Positions 11,884 through 23,619 of a DNA stretch of 64,000 nucleotides are shown one piece after another (within the stretch, counting starts at the first letter, position 1; the number at the start of each line of letters is the position of its first letter). The notes below the pieces were generated by a model. That model was not told where the DNA came from. It did no database searches and saw only the letters and a program-made list of their open reading frames with translations. Origin of the DNA: Octopus sinensis (taxonomy: Eukaryota); contig NC_042997.1 of NCBI RefSeq assembly GCF_006345805.1, positions 178,374,001 through 178,438,000 on the forward strand, read 5' to 3'. The position numbers and the translations under genes are program-made.

Positions 11884-14270
11884 CTTTAGAGTCTTGGATA
11901 CAATGCCTTGTGCTCTTTGTTGCAGCTCTATATGTGCTGAGTTCAAATCCCATGAAGGTCAGCTTGGTTTTTCATTCTTTCAGAGTTGATAATTTAAGTA
12001 AAAATTTAAGATGGTGAATAGACAGAGGGGTTTCTTGGAGTATCTGTTCCAGTGCTTTGTGTTTGATGGTAATTCCTGTGATCACACTGCTGCCAATCTA
12101 AATTGGCATTTGACTTTCTCTGGAGCAACATCATTGATGTGGAGAGGGAAGATTGATAAGAATGCGAGTCTGCTAGTCTTCCATAAGAAGGAAAAAATAA
12201 AAAAAACATAGCTTGCCTAGTGTTGCATTTTGGTGAAGAACATTTTAAATGCAGACCTGTAGCCTCACAAAACTCATAACCCTCATCATTTGTTATCATC
12301 AACATCATTGTAGTTGGTTTAACACTTTTATTTTTATGCTTGTCTTGGCTGGATGTGCCTCCAAGGTAACTACTTATTTAAATCTATCTTAATACTATGT
12401 GAGGTACAGGGTTCTTAGATCTAACTGTACCACTTTCTCCACAGGCTTTTCTTGTTCTGTGTCTTCCACAGGTACCTTTTATGAACTCAGCTAATCATTT
12501 AGGGAATCTCTATAGGATGAAACAATCTGCTAGAAGTAGAAGCCAAATCGCTCAAATCAAGCTACACTTTCTCAAACAGGGGAGGATATATTGGATGATG
12601 TCGTGCCAGATGCCCTTAAAAAAATGGGATGGCCACAGCTGGGATCCTTTTGATTACAGATGTGCTCAATTAGATTTATACTGACCCATCTTGTGATGCA
12701 TCTGTAAACTGGAGCTCATTAACTGTTTGTTGGCTGGTTCCTAGAGATATCTTGTAAATTAATGACTTATGTATAGCTTGTATAGCTTCCAGCTTATAAT
12801 TCAGAATCTTACCAAATCTCTTAATTATGATTATCAAAATAAAAGGTATAGTAGCAGAATCAAAAGAGATAGTACTGTTTTGTGTTAATTTTGAAGAAAT
12901 GTTAAGCTGGTGACAATAGTATATCAATCTTGTACTTATTAAAATGTCATCTTCATTACATTATGATAACAATCTTTGTATGTTTAACATATTGAGTTGA
13001 TGTTGTTCATCCCAGGTTCGTCTTGATTGAACAAACCAATGATCAAAGATGTTCTAAATGAAAATATTTCTTCACTGCTTCATTCACACAGTGACATCCT
13101 ACCAATGGCTGTTTCATTCATCTTTTATCATCATATTGGCCATTTCTTTCACCCAGTGATCTCATACTATTCATTCTTATATTCATCAATGGCATTCTGC
13201 CTTTGACTACCAAACTCTCCCAATGACATCATAACATTGGCTGTTACAATCATTCCATATCATCATACAACTGGCTGTTGCATTCATCTATTGGCCTCAT
13301 TCCATTGATGGTTCCATTCACATAACTATATTTTCACCTTTCAGTAACATATCATTGAATATAGAAATATATTATACCATTCATCTATGTCAATCCTACT
13401 GACATTTTGCTTGTGTTATTCTCAGTATATACCAGTAATATCTGTTTACACTCACTTAAATATTCTTTCAATGGTTCATGCCATATTTGCTCTCCACATT
13501 ATTTTTCGATGCATGTCACATACATTTTACATATATTGTATTGAATACCTATAATTGACATAATCTCTCAGTAGAGGTAATACCAATTATCCATGTCGTA
13601 TTTACTATGCAAATATTATATCGACAATCGATGTCAACCTTTACAGACAATGGTTTATGTTGCTTTACAAGCATTATAATGATCCATGTCACATTCACTT
13701 TTGATTACTCATTTTAAAGTCTACTGACATTGTACCACTAAGCTTCATGACATTACAACTGCAATCCATACTCTTTCTATTGATGTATCAATGATCCATT
13801 TTACTAATATTTCACAGATGCTATTCTGATGACACATATCACACTCATACTACAAATATTTTACCAATCATTTATATCAAATGATTCTACCCATGTGCTT
13901 TATGTCCAGTGACCACAATATATATATATATTAAATAAAATCAAAAACAGAACACAAAGGATATCGCGGTACACGTGTTTCAACCTTTATAAACAGCCCG
14001 TTCTTACATCAGTGTATAATTGATATAAAAGATGGTTTAAAGCTCTCTTCAGCCGCAAACATTGTTATTCCAAAGAGTTACATCACACTATAAAAAATAT
14101 GAAAAGTACATATAGTATTACCCATTATAATAGTATATCATATCTCCCTGAGAAAGTGCATTTGTAAAATTTGCTTTATATTCAGTTAACATTTTCTTCT
14201 GAAGTATATGTATGTTGAGTTCTAACACCAAGTTATTAGTATGAATATCACTAAATGAAATAATAATATA

Positions 14271-15530
14271 CGAGGGGTGTATGAAAAGTCTTGAGCCTCA
14301 AAAAAAATAAAACATGGTACAAGACTTCTGATGATTTATTTTTCAACATATGTTGGTGGCACATAAAATCACCCACTACACTCTCGGAGTGGTTGGCGTT
14401 AGGAAGGGCATCCAGCTGTAGAAACACTGCCAGATCTGACTGGCCTGGTGCAGCCTTTGGGCTCTCCAGACCCCAGTTGAACCGTCCAACCCATGCTAGC
14501 ATGGAAAGCGGACGTTAAACGATGATGATGATAGTCCTCCTCAATAGTTCAACACTTTCTCCAGCAGTGCTGAAGCGCCAATATCCTGGCATAGAACTCT
14601 TTTGTTCGAGACTCCAAGAAACTTCCTACAGCGTCTATGATGTCATTGTTACTGGTAAAATGGCGACTAGCCAGGGCTTTTTTCATTTTTGGAAATAGGT
14701 GAAAGTCAGAGGGGGTTAAAGTCTGGCAAATAAGGTGGATGGGGAACAAGTTTGTATCCACAATCATGAATTGTTGACATGGCAGCCACTGAGGTGTAGG
14801 CTTGAGCATTGTCGTGATGAAAAAGGACTCCTCTGGTGAGCATTCTCGGCCTTTTTCCTTTGATTGCTTCTCGGCAGTGTTTCAGTAACTGAGAATAATA
14901 CAGCCCTGTCATGGTGTGACCCTTTTCAAGGTAATCGATCAGCAAAACACCTTGAGAATCCCCCAAAACGGACACCATGACCTTGCCAGCTGAAGGAATG
15001 ACCCTGGCCTTCTTTGAGATAGGAGTAAATGTGTGTTTCCACTGCTTTGATTGTTCTTTGGTTTCAGGCTGGTAGAGATGAACCCAACTTTCATCCATAG
15101 TAATGAAATGAGCTAGAAAGTTTTCTTTATTGGCTTCAAACAGTTCCAGATTGCTTGTGGACAGAGTGCATCTGATGCATCTGATGTTCAGGTGTCAAAA
15201 GGTGAGGGACTCACCTTGTAGAAACCTTTGAGAACCCAAGTTCTTTTGTCACAATGTTGTCTGCTCTTTCAGGTTGAGATGCCCAGTCTCTCGGCTATCT
15301 GACGACATGATATTCAGCGATCTTGCATTATCATACCAAGAGCAAGGTCAAGGTTGTCCTTGGTGGTTGCAGTTGGAAGTCTCCCTGGTCTGGGATCATC
15401 TTGCACACACTTCCTGCCATGCTTGAATTCATTTACCCAGCATTTGACTGTTGCATACGAAGGAGCATTGTCTGTTAAGGTTCTCACCATATCTTCATGG
15501 ATTTCTGATGGAGTCATGCCTTTCTGCATG
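14271..15530 (-). mobile_element. Decayed mariner transposon (DDD transposase pseudogene); one TIR retained, interrupted by a SINE
   Basis: TA + CGAGGGGTGTATGAAAAGT TIR at 14269-14289. Minus-strand ORF pieces give the HTH region (GMTPSEIHEDM...SYATVKCWVNEFKHGR), MDESWVH, FHHDNAQAYT and HPPYLPD/PSDFHLFP, with frameshifts. SINE A is inserted at 14353-14532. Confidence 0.9.
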
Positions 15531-15757
15531 GAAAGTGGACGTTAAATGATGATGATGCTTATGATAGAATCTTTTACTAGTTCTAGCCTAGGCAGTGAGC
15601 TGTTGCCATGGTAGGACTACCTGTACTCATGCTGGAAATTGAACCAACTCTGACTGAGGTGAAATTCAGGACTCTGAGGCTGAATGTGAACCATAAATTA
15701 TTCAGAGATATTCCAGAGGTTTTTGTTTTGTTTTTATCATTCTCTTTCTCTTTGTAG

Positions 15758-15884
15758 GTAACCACTTGCACCGTTATTCAAAAGTTCTGGAGGGACACTT
15801 AGGCAACCCCAAACCTCGACCTCTGCCACCTTGCCCTCATCAAAGCTGGGCAGCTCCACACCTCCTGAACATATCAGCCCCTTC
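15758..15884 (+). CDS. MBTPS1: Penultimate coding exon of membrane-bound transcription factor site-1 protease (S1P/SKI-1)
   Basis: Acceptor tctctttctctttgtAG and donor GTAAGT at 15885. Length 127 nt, phase 1 in, phase 2 out. Translates (G)[41 protein letters not shown](S), closely matching human MBTPS1 as I recall it ([43 protein letters not shown]), including the N-x-S/T sequon. Confidence 0.95.
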
Positions 15885-15921
15885 GTAAGTTTTATTTTTG
15901 CAGTTCTTTATAAATATATAC

Positions 15922-16330
15922 TCTTTACTCTTTTACTTGTTTCAGTCATGTGACTGTGGCCTTGCTGGAGCACCGCCTTTAGTCGAGCAAATCGACCCCA
16001 GGACTTATTCTTTGTAAGCCTAGTACTTATTCTACTGGTCTCTTTTGCCGAACCACTAAATTACGGTGACGTAAACACACCAGCATTGGTTGTCAAGCGA
16101 TGTTGGGGGGGGGGGGACAAACACAGACATACAAACAAATACACACACATACATATATGTATATATATATACATGATGAGCTGCTTTCAGTTTCTGTCTA
16201 CCAAATCCACTCACAAGGCTTTGGTCGGCCCGAGGCTATAGTATAAGACACTTGCCCAAGGTGCCACGCAGTGGGACAAACCCAGAACCATGTGGTTCAT
16301 AAGCAAGCTACTTACCACACAGCCACTCCT
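15922..16330 (-). mobile_element. SINE family B in the last MBTPS1 intron
   Basis: Reverse complement of the family B consensus. Confidence 0.85.
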
Positions 16331-16559
16331 AATATTTTTTTTTTGTCTGTTAGAAAACCATTATTGATACACTTGCATCAACATCTTCATACTCTGGTTG
16401 AAAAACACACACATTATCCTTTATTTTCTGACATAGAAATCAAATTTTTCAGGCCGAAATTTATAGTGAAAAAAATGCAGGTTGATTTATACACCAAGAT
16501 GACTTGGAGAATCAAATATTCCATGTGAAATACAGTAGGATTTGGAACAACTGTGATGG

Positions 16560-16895
16560 CGTTTGAATGTTTACACTATGAAGGCCAAGTGGTTAGGATA
16601 GTTGGCTCAAGATCATATGATCGCAAGTTCAATATCTGGTGGTGTGTTGTGCTCTTGAGCAAGACACTTCATTTCATGTTACTCCAGGCCACTGAGCTGG
16701 CAAAAATGAGTTGTACCTGTATTTCAAAGGGCCAACCATGCCACATCTTGTGTCATGCTTAATCTTCTTGAGTACATTAAGTGTATTCGTGTCTGTGGAG
16801 TGCTCAGCCAACTTCCATGGTAATTTCCCAAGCAGCCTGTTCCATTGATTGTATCAACTGGAACCCTCTTCATTGTAACTGACAGAATGCCAGTT
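16560..16895 (+). mobile_element. Degenerate tRNA/CORE SINE (family D subfamily)
   Basis: tRNA-like head, CORE-like tgtgctcttgagcaagacact; homologous to 25545-25830 on the minus strand. Confidence 0.7.
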
Positions 16896-16946
16896 TATAC
16901 ACTGTGTTGATTTGAAAGCTGGAAAATATGGTCAACACACATGCAG

Positions 16947-16977
<31 letters not shown>

Positions 16978-17044
16978 GTTGCTTCATAGTTTCCCCTTAC
17001 TAAATTCTACTTGGACAGTATCAGATAGACTGAGGCAATGATAT

Positions 17045-17275
17045 ATATTTCTTTACTACCCACAAGGGGCTAAACACAGAGGGGACAAACAAGGACAGAC
17101 AAAGGGATAAAGTCGATTACATTGACCCCAGTGCATAACTGGTACTTAATTTATCGACCCCGAAAGGATGAAAGGCAAAGTCGACCTCGGCGGAGTTTGA
17201 ACTCGGAACGTAACGACAGACGAAATGCCTCTAAGCATTTCACCCAGTGTGCTAACATTTCTGCAAGCTTGCTGC
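17045..17275 (-). mobile_element. Deu/Nin-domain SINE (family C)
   Basis: Reverse complement of 42140-42373. Confidence 0.85.
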
Positions 17276-17543
17276 CTGAGGCAATGATAGAATATACTTG
17301 CCCAGGCTACCAAAAATCATACGATTGCAAAACTTCCTTGCTACACAACCATGCCTACACCTGTATATAAATTCATGTATATTTTTGGGATGAAATTATT
17401 AAAGCTGAATTGTTTTAGAAACACTTTATTAAGGTATTGTTTCAATTGGGTTTTGAGGTATCTGGAATATGTAAAGATATTCTTTCTCTTTCAAAAAATT
17501 CATTTTCGTGTTTTGAATTAACTTTAACTTCTTTTATTTGCAG

Positions 17544-17850
17544 GAATCTGTTCCAGCAACCAAAACTATTGTCAGTTGACATTGGCCAGCAATCTAATTG
17601 GCGAAATGCACACCACTTCCCAATGAAGATTCCTGATAAAGCAATTCCAGTCATTGAAACACGTAGAATAGAATTTCCTATAACCTATGATGGGTTAAGT
17701 TTCTATCCTCTGTTTGCACTTGTGACCACTCTGCTTGTCCTAATGTTTCTCATCAATCAATATTGCAAACACAAACCTCGACCAAAGAAGAAGAAGTCTT
17801 TTGTACGAAAGGTGCAACACATACTGTTGAGTCGAGTCCCCAGCGTCTGA
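17544..17850 (+). CDS. MBTPS1: Terminal coding exon of site-1 protease (juxtamembrane, TM helix, basic cytosolic tail)
   Basis: Acceptor cttttatttgcAG; phase joins TC|G (Ser) to the previous exon. Reads NLFQQPKLLSVD...FYPLFALVTTLLVLMFLINQYCKHKPRPKKKKSFVRKVQHILLSRVPSV*. Compare human NLWKHQKLLSID...TM...KSRPKRRK...KTPSV. This is the 3' part of ORF 17437..17850. Confidence 0.93.
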
Positions 17851-18777
17851 TACTGTGATCGCAACCAGTGATGTTTTGTTTGTAGGTTCAAATTCTTGTT
17901 CTGTTGAATAATGCAAAATATCAAAGAGAAAGTCAAGTATGAGAAGACAACTGTTAGAAAAAAAAAAAAAAGCAAAAAAGGAGAGAAAAACAAGCAATGT
18001 AATTTCTATGACTCTTTTGGAACTAGAACTGCTGGCAGTATCTCCAGAATTCCGTTGACATGAAAATGGCAAATTCTAAAATCGTTTTTGTTTCTTCTAT
18101 CAGAAACTTTACCCCCCCCCCCCCCTCAAAACAACCCTACCATTTTATTTTCATTCGCCCAAATATATTGATTCTAATTACAAATGGAGTAATAACATTT
18201 ATATAATATATATATTTATGTGTGTATGTATTTGTTTATGTATGTATTCATTTATTTATGCATGAGTATGTGTTCATTCACATATGTATATATTTTTATA
18301 TTCACATTCGCTTATATGTATGTTATTTGCATTTGTGTATGCATGTGTGTACTGGCCATGCTAGCACTACTATTATTATTACTGCAGTTAATGATTTTGG
18401 TCTGCTGCAGTCTTGTGAATGAGTGTGTTTTGATGTGACTGAACTCCTAAAATGTTGTTGGTTCAGCTGAAGTCTTCTTGTACAGTGGAGTTTGAAAGAA
18501 TTGGCATGTAAAGTCATACAGATGAGCTTTGATGAAGGAAGTTAAACTGCTGGGATCCCTTGATACCTAATCCTCAGCTGGAAGTATAAGGCCATTACTT
18601 ATGCTGTTTTGCAGAAGCTTGGAGACCAAGATTTTATGTCACTTTCAATGGTATAATTCTACACGAGTGCTAATATTTTCCAGACATAAACACAGTTGTG
18701 TTTTTATCGTTCTTCATACTATAAAGTAGAAGATTTCAAATATTTCACTTTATTTCAATAGTTTTGCTAGTTGATTG

Positions 18778-19196
18778 GGATCTTTTCGGTTTAAACGGCA
18801 GTTTTTTCTAGCGGTGTCATATGAAATTGTCACCCATAATTACGACCCTAGTATCGATCTATTGCATTTCAATCTGTTTTAGGGTTAGGGGTGGTGGGGA
18901 AGGGTATCTTTTTTTCTTCACAAATGTAAATAAACCCAATCTGTTTCTTAAACGAGGGACATATTCATACGGCACAGAATGTTTTTTTTTACCTCAATAG
19001 GCGTATTTGATTGGTTGAAATTGCAGAAATTGCAGGAAAAAAATGCAACAAATATCTTACAAAAACTATAGAATTTTCTCAATAAAGCCAAGAGAAAAAA
19101 ATGTTTTATAAACACATTCTACCAGTATACAAAGTTTAAAATTTTCTAGTTATCTAGAAACTATGTTAAAAACTGCTGTTCAAACCGAAAAGATCC
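18778..19196. mobile_element. MITE with GG-starting ~30-bp TIRs and 8-bp TSD
   Basis: GGATCTTTTCGGTTTAAACGGCAGTTTTT ... AAAAACTGCTGTTCAAACCGAAAAGATCC. TSD GTTGATTG at 18770-18777 and 19197-19204. Inverted second copy at 31037-31465. Superfamily (Merlin, hAT or P) not resolved. Confidence 0.85.
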
Positions 19197-19249
19197 GTTG
19201 ATTGGAACAATCTTTATGAAGTATAACTGCTTCTTTCTATATTTGTTAC

Positions 19250-21360
19250 TTTAGAAGGTAGTAAGATCTAGGTGCAATAGTTCCAGTCAGCTAAGAACAG
19301 GCTTCTTGGATACAGTACAACCTCCTGTTTCCTTATTTGTTATCTAGATCCATCCTGTTAATCATTTGAAGATAATCTGTTATAAATAGGAGTATAAAAT
19401 GTTGCATCATTACTCAAATACACAGGTTTCACAATTTTCCTGATTCTGGGAATGCAATTTTTTGAGGCCCTTTGTATTTGCTCTTCTTGTTTAGGCCTTA
19501 TGCATTCGGACTGACTTTGCCTGCAGCATTCTCAAGAGATGTTAACAACTCTTGCACATCACTCAGCTGATGAGCTGTGAAAACAAAATCATAGGCGCAG
19601 GAGTGGCTGTGTGGTAAGTAGCTTGCTAACCAACCACATGGTTCCGGGTTCAGTCCCACTGTGTGGCATCTTGGGCAAGTGTCTTCTGCTATAGCCCCGG
19701 GCCGACCAATGCCTTGTGAGTGGATTTGGTAGACGGAAACTGAAAGAAGCCTGTCGTATATATGTATATATATATATATGTATGTATATGTGTGTATGTG
19801 TTTGTCCCCCTAGCATTGCTTGACAACCGATGCTGGTGTGTTTACGTCCCCGACACTTAGCGGTTCGGCAAAAGAGACCGATAGAATAAGTACTGGGCTT
19901 ACAAAGAATAAGTCCCGGGGTCGATTTGCTCGACTAAAGGCGGTGCTCCAGCATGGCCGCATTCAAATGACTGAAACAAGTCAAAGAGTAAAGAGTAAAG
20001 CTTCTGCTTGATGGTGAAACTTTTGTTTTGTACGGAGTCAGAATATTACTTAAAGATGTATTCCACTACAGTCACAAGGAGAAAAGGAGACAGATTGACT
20101 TCCTGAAGGATTCCTACTGCTGTTCAAAGCTCATGGTAGACTATTTGTGCTTTGCATAAAGCTTGATAGATTTTCATATGCGAATAGTATAACTTCCACA
20201 ATCTCATCTCTGATAATATAAATCAACAAGATATATAACATGGCCTTTGTGTTGGCACTGTCAAATGTCTTAAAGAAATCCATAAACATGATTGTTGCTT
20301 TCTGCTTGAAGATTCTCAGCTCTATATTCTTCTAACGGTAAGGATTTTTTGTAGTGTTGATCTACCTTTCTGGAAGCCATTTTGGTTCTGCCTCTTTGGA
20401 TGGGATTAGTATGGGGTAATATTCTATTAAAAAGCATCGAGTTGTAGATTTCTGAGGCTAAAGACTAGTGTAATTCATATGAAGTTTTGAGGCAGATGAG
20501 GATCGCTTTTCTTTGAAAGTGAAATAATTGAAGACTTTGGGAAGGCTGTTAATCTGTTTACTTTTCAGGTCTCATTACAGAAGTCCAACAGATATTTGTA
20601 GAATATTTGTAGAATCATCTTCTAGATGATTCCTGTGATGTTATCTGGACCTGGTGTATCACCGGGTCCAGATAACACCACAGGAATCATCTATAGTGAG
20701 TGGGCTAATTTGGATTGGTTGGCTATCTGCTACTTTGTGTTTGAAGAAAGGATCATTACCATGTTTAGTGTTGCATAACTCTGCGTTATCAATTAGCAAT
20801 CTAAAGTGCTGAAACCAGACACCTAGATGCCAGTCAGTGGTTTCCCTTACAATGCAAATCACAGAAAAAGCTCACTTTTTGCTTAGTTACCTCACAGATA
20901 TTCAAGCTGTGGCATGTTTGTTCTCATTGTGGAGGTTTCAAGTTCTTCAAGTCTTGATTTAATAGGTGCTTCTTGTACCTCCATTTATGCTTCATAAAGT
21001 GTAATTTTAGCTGAACCAAGGGCTATTTTAGTATTCTTCATGGACCTTGATTAATGTTTCTGGGTTGCTCTCTTTGGATCTTTTTTGATCCTTGTTACTT
21101 TCTCATTGGGAGCAAAGATTACTGTCTTCATCTTCTAATAGAAGAAGAAGAATACTCAACTACATTGATGTTATTGGCAGTGAAATACAACATGGAAGTG
21201 AGAACCTACCAAAGCTAATGGGAGACATAGATTCTTGGTGCAGCATTATGAAGCATATCTCAGTCGTAACCACCCTATTTATCCTGGCTGCAATGTGTTT
21301 GGTCATTGTTATTGAAGGGCTTGGTCACTTTCAGTGTTCCTTGCATATTCATCAAGTTTT
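19250..21360 (-). mobile_element. Old RTE-type LINE remnant (RT domains), interrupted by a SINE
   Basis: Minus strand gives ATIMFMDFFKTFDS (FxDFxKAFDS), AVGILQEVNLSPFLL (GVLQGDxLxPFLF) and LSDVQELLTSLENAAGKV, with many stops and frameshifts. Boundaries are approximate. Confidence 0.65.
19593..20000 (+). mobile_element. Full-length SINE family B
   Basis: Complete tRNA head (A-box TGGCTGTGTGG, B-box GGTTCAGTCCC), CORE-like domain, microsatellite and tail. Confidence 0.9.
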
Positions 21361-21426
21361 GCTGCAAGTATTTTTAGCAAAGTGTTTTACGGTGGTTGCT
21401 TTAATATTGATATATATTAAAGGTCT

Positions 21427-21656
21427 TTATAAGCCATTTAAGAAACACAAAAACCGTTAGGTTCACTTCAACATTTAAATTTAATATGTCAAACTATTTT
21501 CATTGCTTTGAGACCGCGACCTGTTCACAGACAAAAGCACAGAGTTTTGTCAGTGAACAGGTCGCAGTCTCAAAGTGTCGAAAATATTTTGACGTATTAA
21601 ATTTAAATGTTGAAATGAACCTAACGGTTTTTGTGTGTTTCTTAAATGGCTTATAA
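21427..21656. repeat. Near-perfect ~230-bp palindrome
   Basis: Arms of about 110 bp, ttataagccatttaagaaacac...gacaaaa / ttttgtc...aaatggcttataa, around an 8-nt loop. Confidence 0.9.
21549..21593 (+). ncRNA. Hammerhead-like fold with G3/C8 core swap (mirror copy 21488-21532 on minus strand)
   Basis: GUCA-GUGAACA-G-GUCGC-agucucaaa-GUGUC-GAAA-AUAU-UU^UGAC. Combining the two arms (gtgtc and gcaat) restores helix II GUCGC/GCGAC. Confidence 0.6.
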
Positions 21657-22769
21657 ACACCTTCCATGCTGCAATTGTTTTTGTTCCAGTACACAATCTC
21701 AGATCAGGTTACTTGCTATGCAAGTACATCTCCGTAATATATTAAAGGTATATCTGTTTTAATATATTATAGATATATTTTACAATATATCCGTGAAAGT
21801 TATTATGGTTAGTAATAGCTCTAAGATAGTTCCCTGAGTTACTTTGTCATGGAATAAGCCACCAGTATAAAAAAAGTTACTTTATATTTATTCTTCCCAA
21901 AATTACCATGAATAAAATCCTGCCAGAGTCAAGAACCTCAGCATATTTACCACTGAACTTCAGGTACCTATCCTAATCAATCAAGAAAGAAATGTATCCA
22001 CATTCTTGCTCCAGTATGAAGAAATATTTCATGTTGCATTATTGATCCAGTATCTGAAATCCAAGTATTGGAAATCTATCATATGGTGATGGCAATGGAG
22101 AAGGATCCTGCATACATATGGATGTGAAACTATTGTTTTGAAATATAGCTTAAGTAAAAGTTGTTGTCTTCCAAAATGATGAACCCGAGGTAAAATTTTA
22201 GACAAGATACCAAAGTGAATAGTGAGAACAGTGTAGTTCTAAAGATGGAACTGCACTGACTTCTAGTTTATCTCATTTCAAACATTTTAGATCACTTTGG
22301 TTTCTCTTTCACAAAGCCTTGCATTAACATCCAGTTCACTTTCATTTCTTTTACCATTTTTGGTTCCAGGAAATAGTAAACAAATGACAGGATTTTAGAA
22401 TTCTATGATTCAAAATCAGGTGGACTGAAATTAGTAATATGTCTAGAGGCATATCAGATATCGCAAAGTAACTGTTGAAAGGGTTAAGATCTTTTAAAAA
22501 GACACTGAAAAGATATTCAATAGCTTCATGCTGTGTGGGCCTTCAAAGAATTCTCAGAAGTGAACCAAATTTTGTGAAGGGTAAGTTCCTTGGTGAGTGA
22601 ACACATGAAAGTAGTTGGTAGGACAAGAATACAAGAGTGATGGTTGTGTGTGTGTGTGTTATATGTATAAATACATAGATACATATATCTATGTATGTAT
22701 GTATATACTGTAGTTATGTGTAAAAATATATATATATATGTATATATATATATAATCCTCTTAGAAGAC

Positions 22770-23080
22770 TATCTCACAATGCATTTGCAGTACCAGTGCT
22801 GATTCCAACATTTGGGATACTTGACTGGTCTGTAGAAGAAATCCTTTCTGTAGATGTTAAAACACACAAGATACTGACATCAGCTAGAAAACTCCACAAA
22901 AATGGTGATATCAATAGGTTCTGCTGAAGAAGAGATAAAGGGGATAGAGGTTTGAGATCAATGCAGATAGCCTTTGAATGTTGTTTAGTCTCTCAGTTTT
23001 TGTAAGTAAATGTCTAAGTGACAATCTGGATAAGTTAAGCTTTTCAGAAAAAGAAATCAACCAGCTAACTCACGCATTAC
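22770..23080 (+). mobile_element. Degenerate R4/Dong-type LINE fragment
   Basis: Reads NAFAVPVLIPTFGILDWSVEEILSVDVKTHKILT...GDINRFC*RRDK-GxRGL, resembling the post-RT region of R4-clade elements. Confidence 0.6.
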
Positions 23081-23619
23081 AAAAACAATCTGTAAGTGGA
23101 ACAGTAAAAATATGCAAGACTTTTCTCATGTTTAAAATGTAGCATTGTTTTTGTTATCTACATTCCAACGGTAGAGCTTTGTAACTTTGTTAGAAACCAG
23201 TTCCTTCCTCAGAGAATTTGAATAATTAAAAACAGAAGAGAACCTACCTACCTACATACATACATATATACGTATAATATACAATCACTTAGGTGTAAAA
23301 CAATGTGCAGAAAATAGTTCTTGAATACCAAAAGTAGAGTAAAATAATGTTTTATAGAAACTGAAAAGATTTCATAAACTGTTACTCATAGTTTCATATA
23401 ACCGGCCACCAGAAATTATGAGTGTTTAGAAAAATACTCAGGACTATCTAACGATCAGTCATGTGATACCGAGTTACAGCTCGTGAGGTCTTTACTACTT
23501 CAAAACACACACACATAATATGTACATTCCCGTGTATCTCTACATACGTAGATGTATACATACAAATATACATATAATGAAGATGGATAGGTTTTTGCAA
23601 TCGAAAAGGGAAAGTTAAG

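Noticed and set aside
17437-17543. N-terminal part of ORF 17437..17850
   Set aside because: It is intronic read-through. Similarity to MBTPS1 starts only after the AG at 17542-17543.
19565-19590. CTGATGA followed by GAAA
   Set aside because: Only 5 nt separate them, so there is no helix II, and the site lies in RTE coding remnant on the other strand. Chance match.
19820-19900. HDV-like ribozyme in the family B tail (TCCCCGT loop-like motif)
   Set aside because: P3 and P1 pairings required for the HDV fold could not be built.
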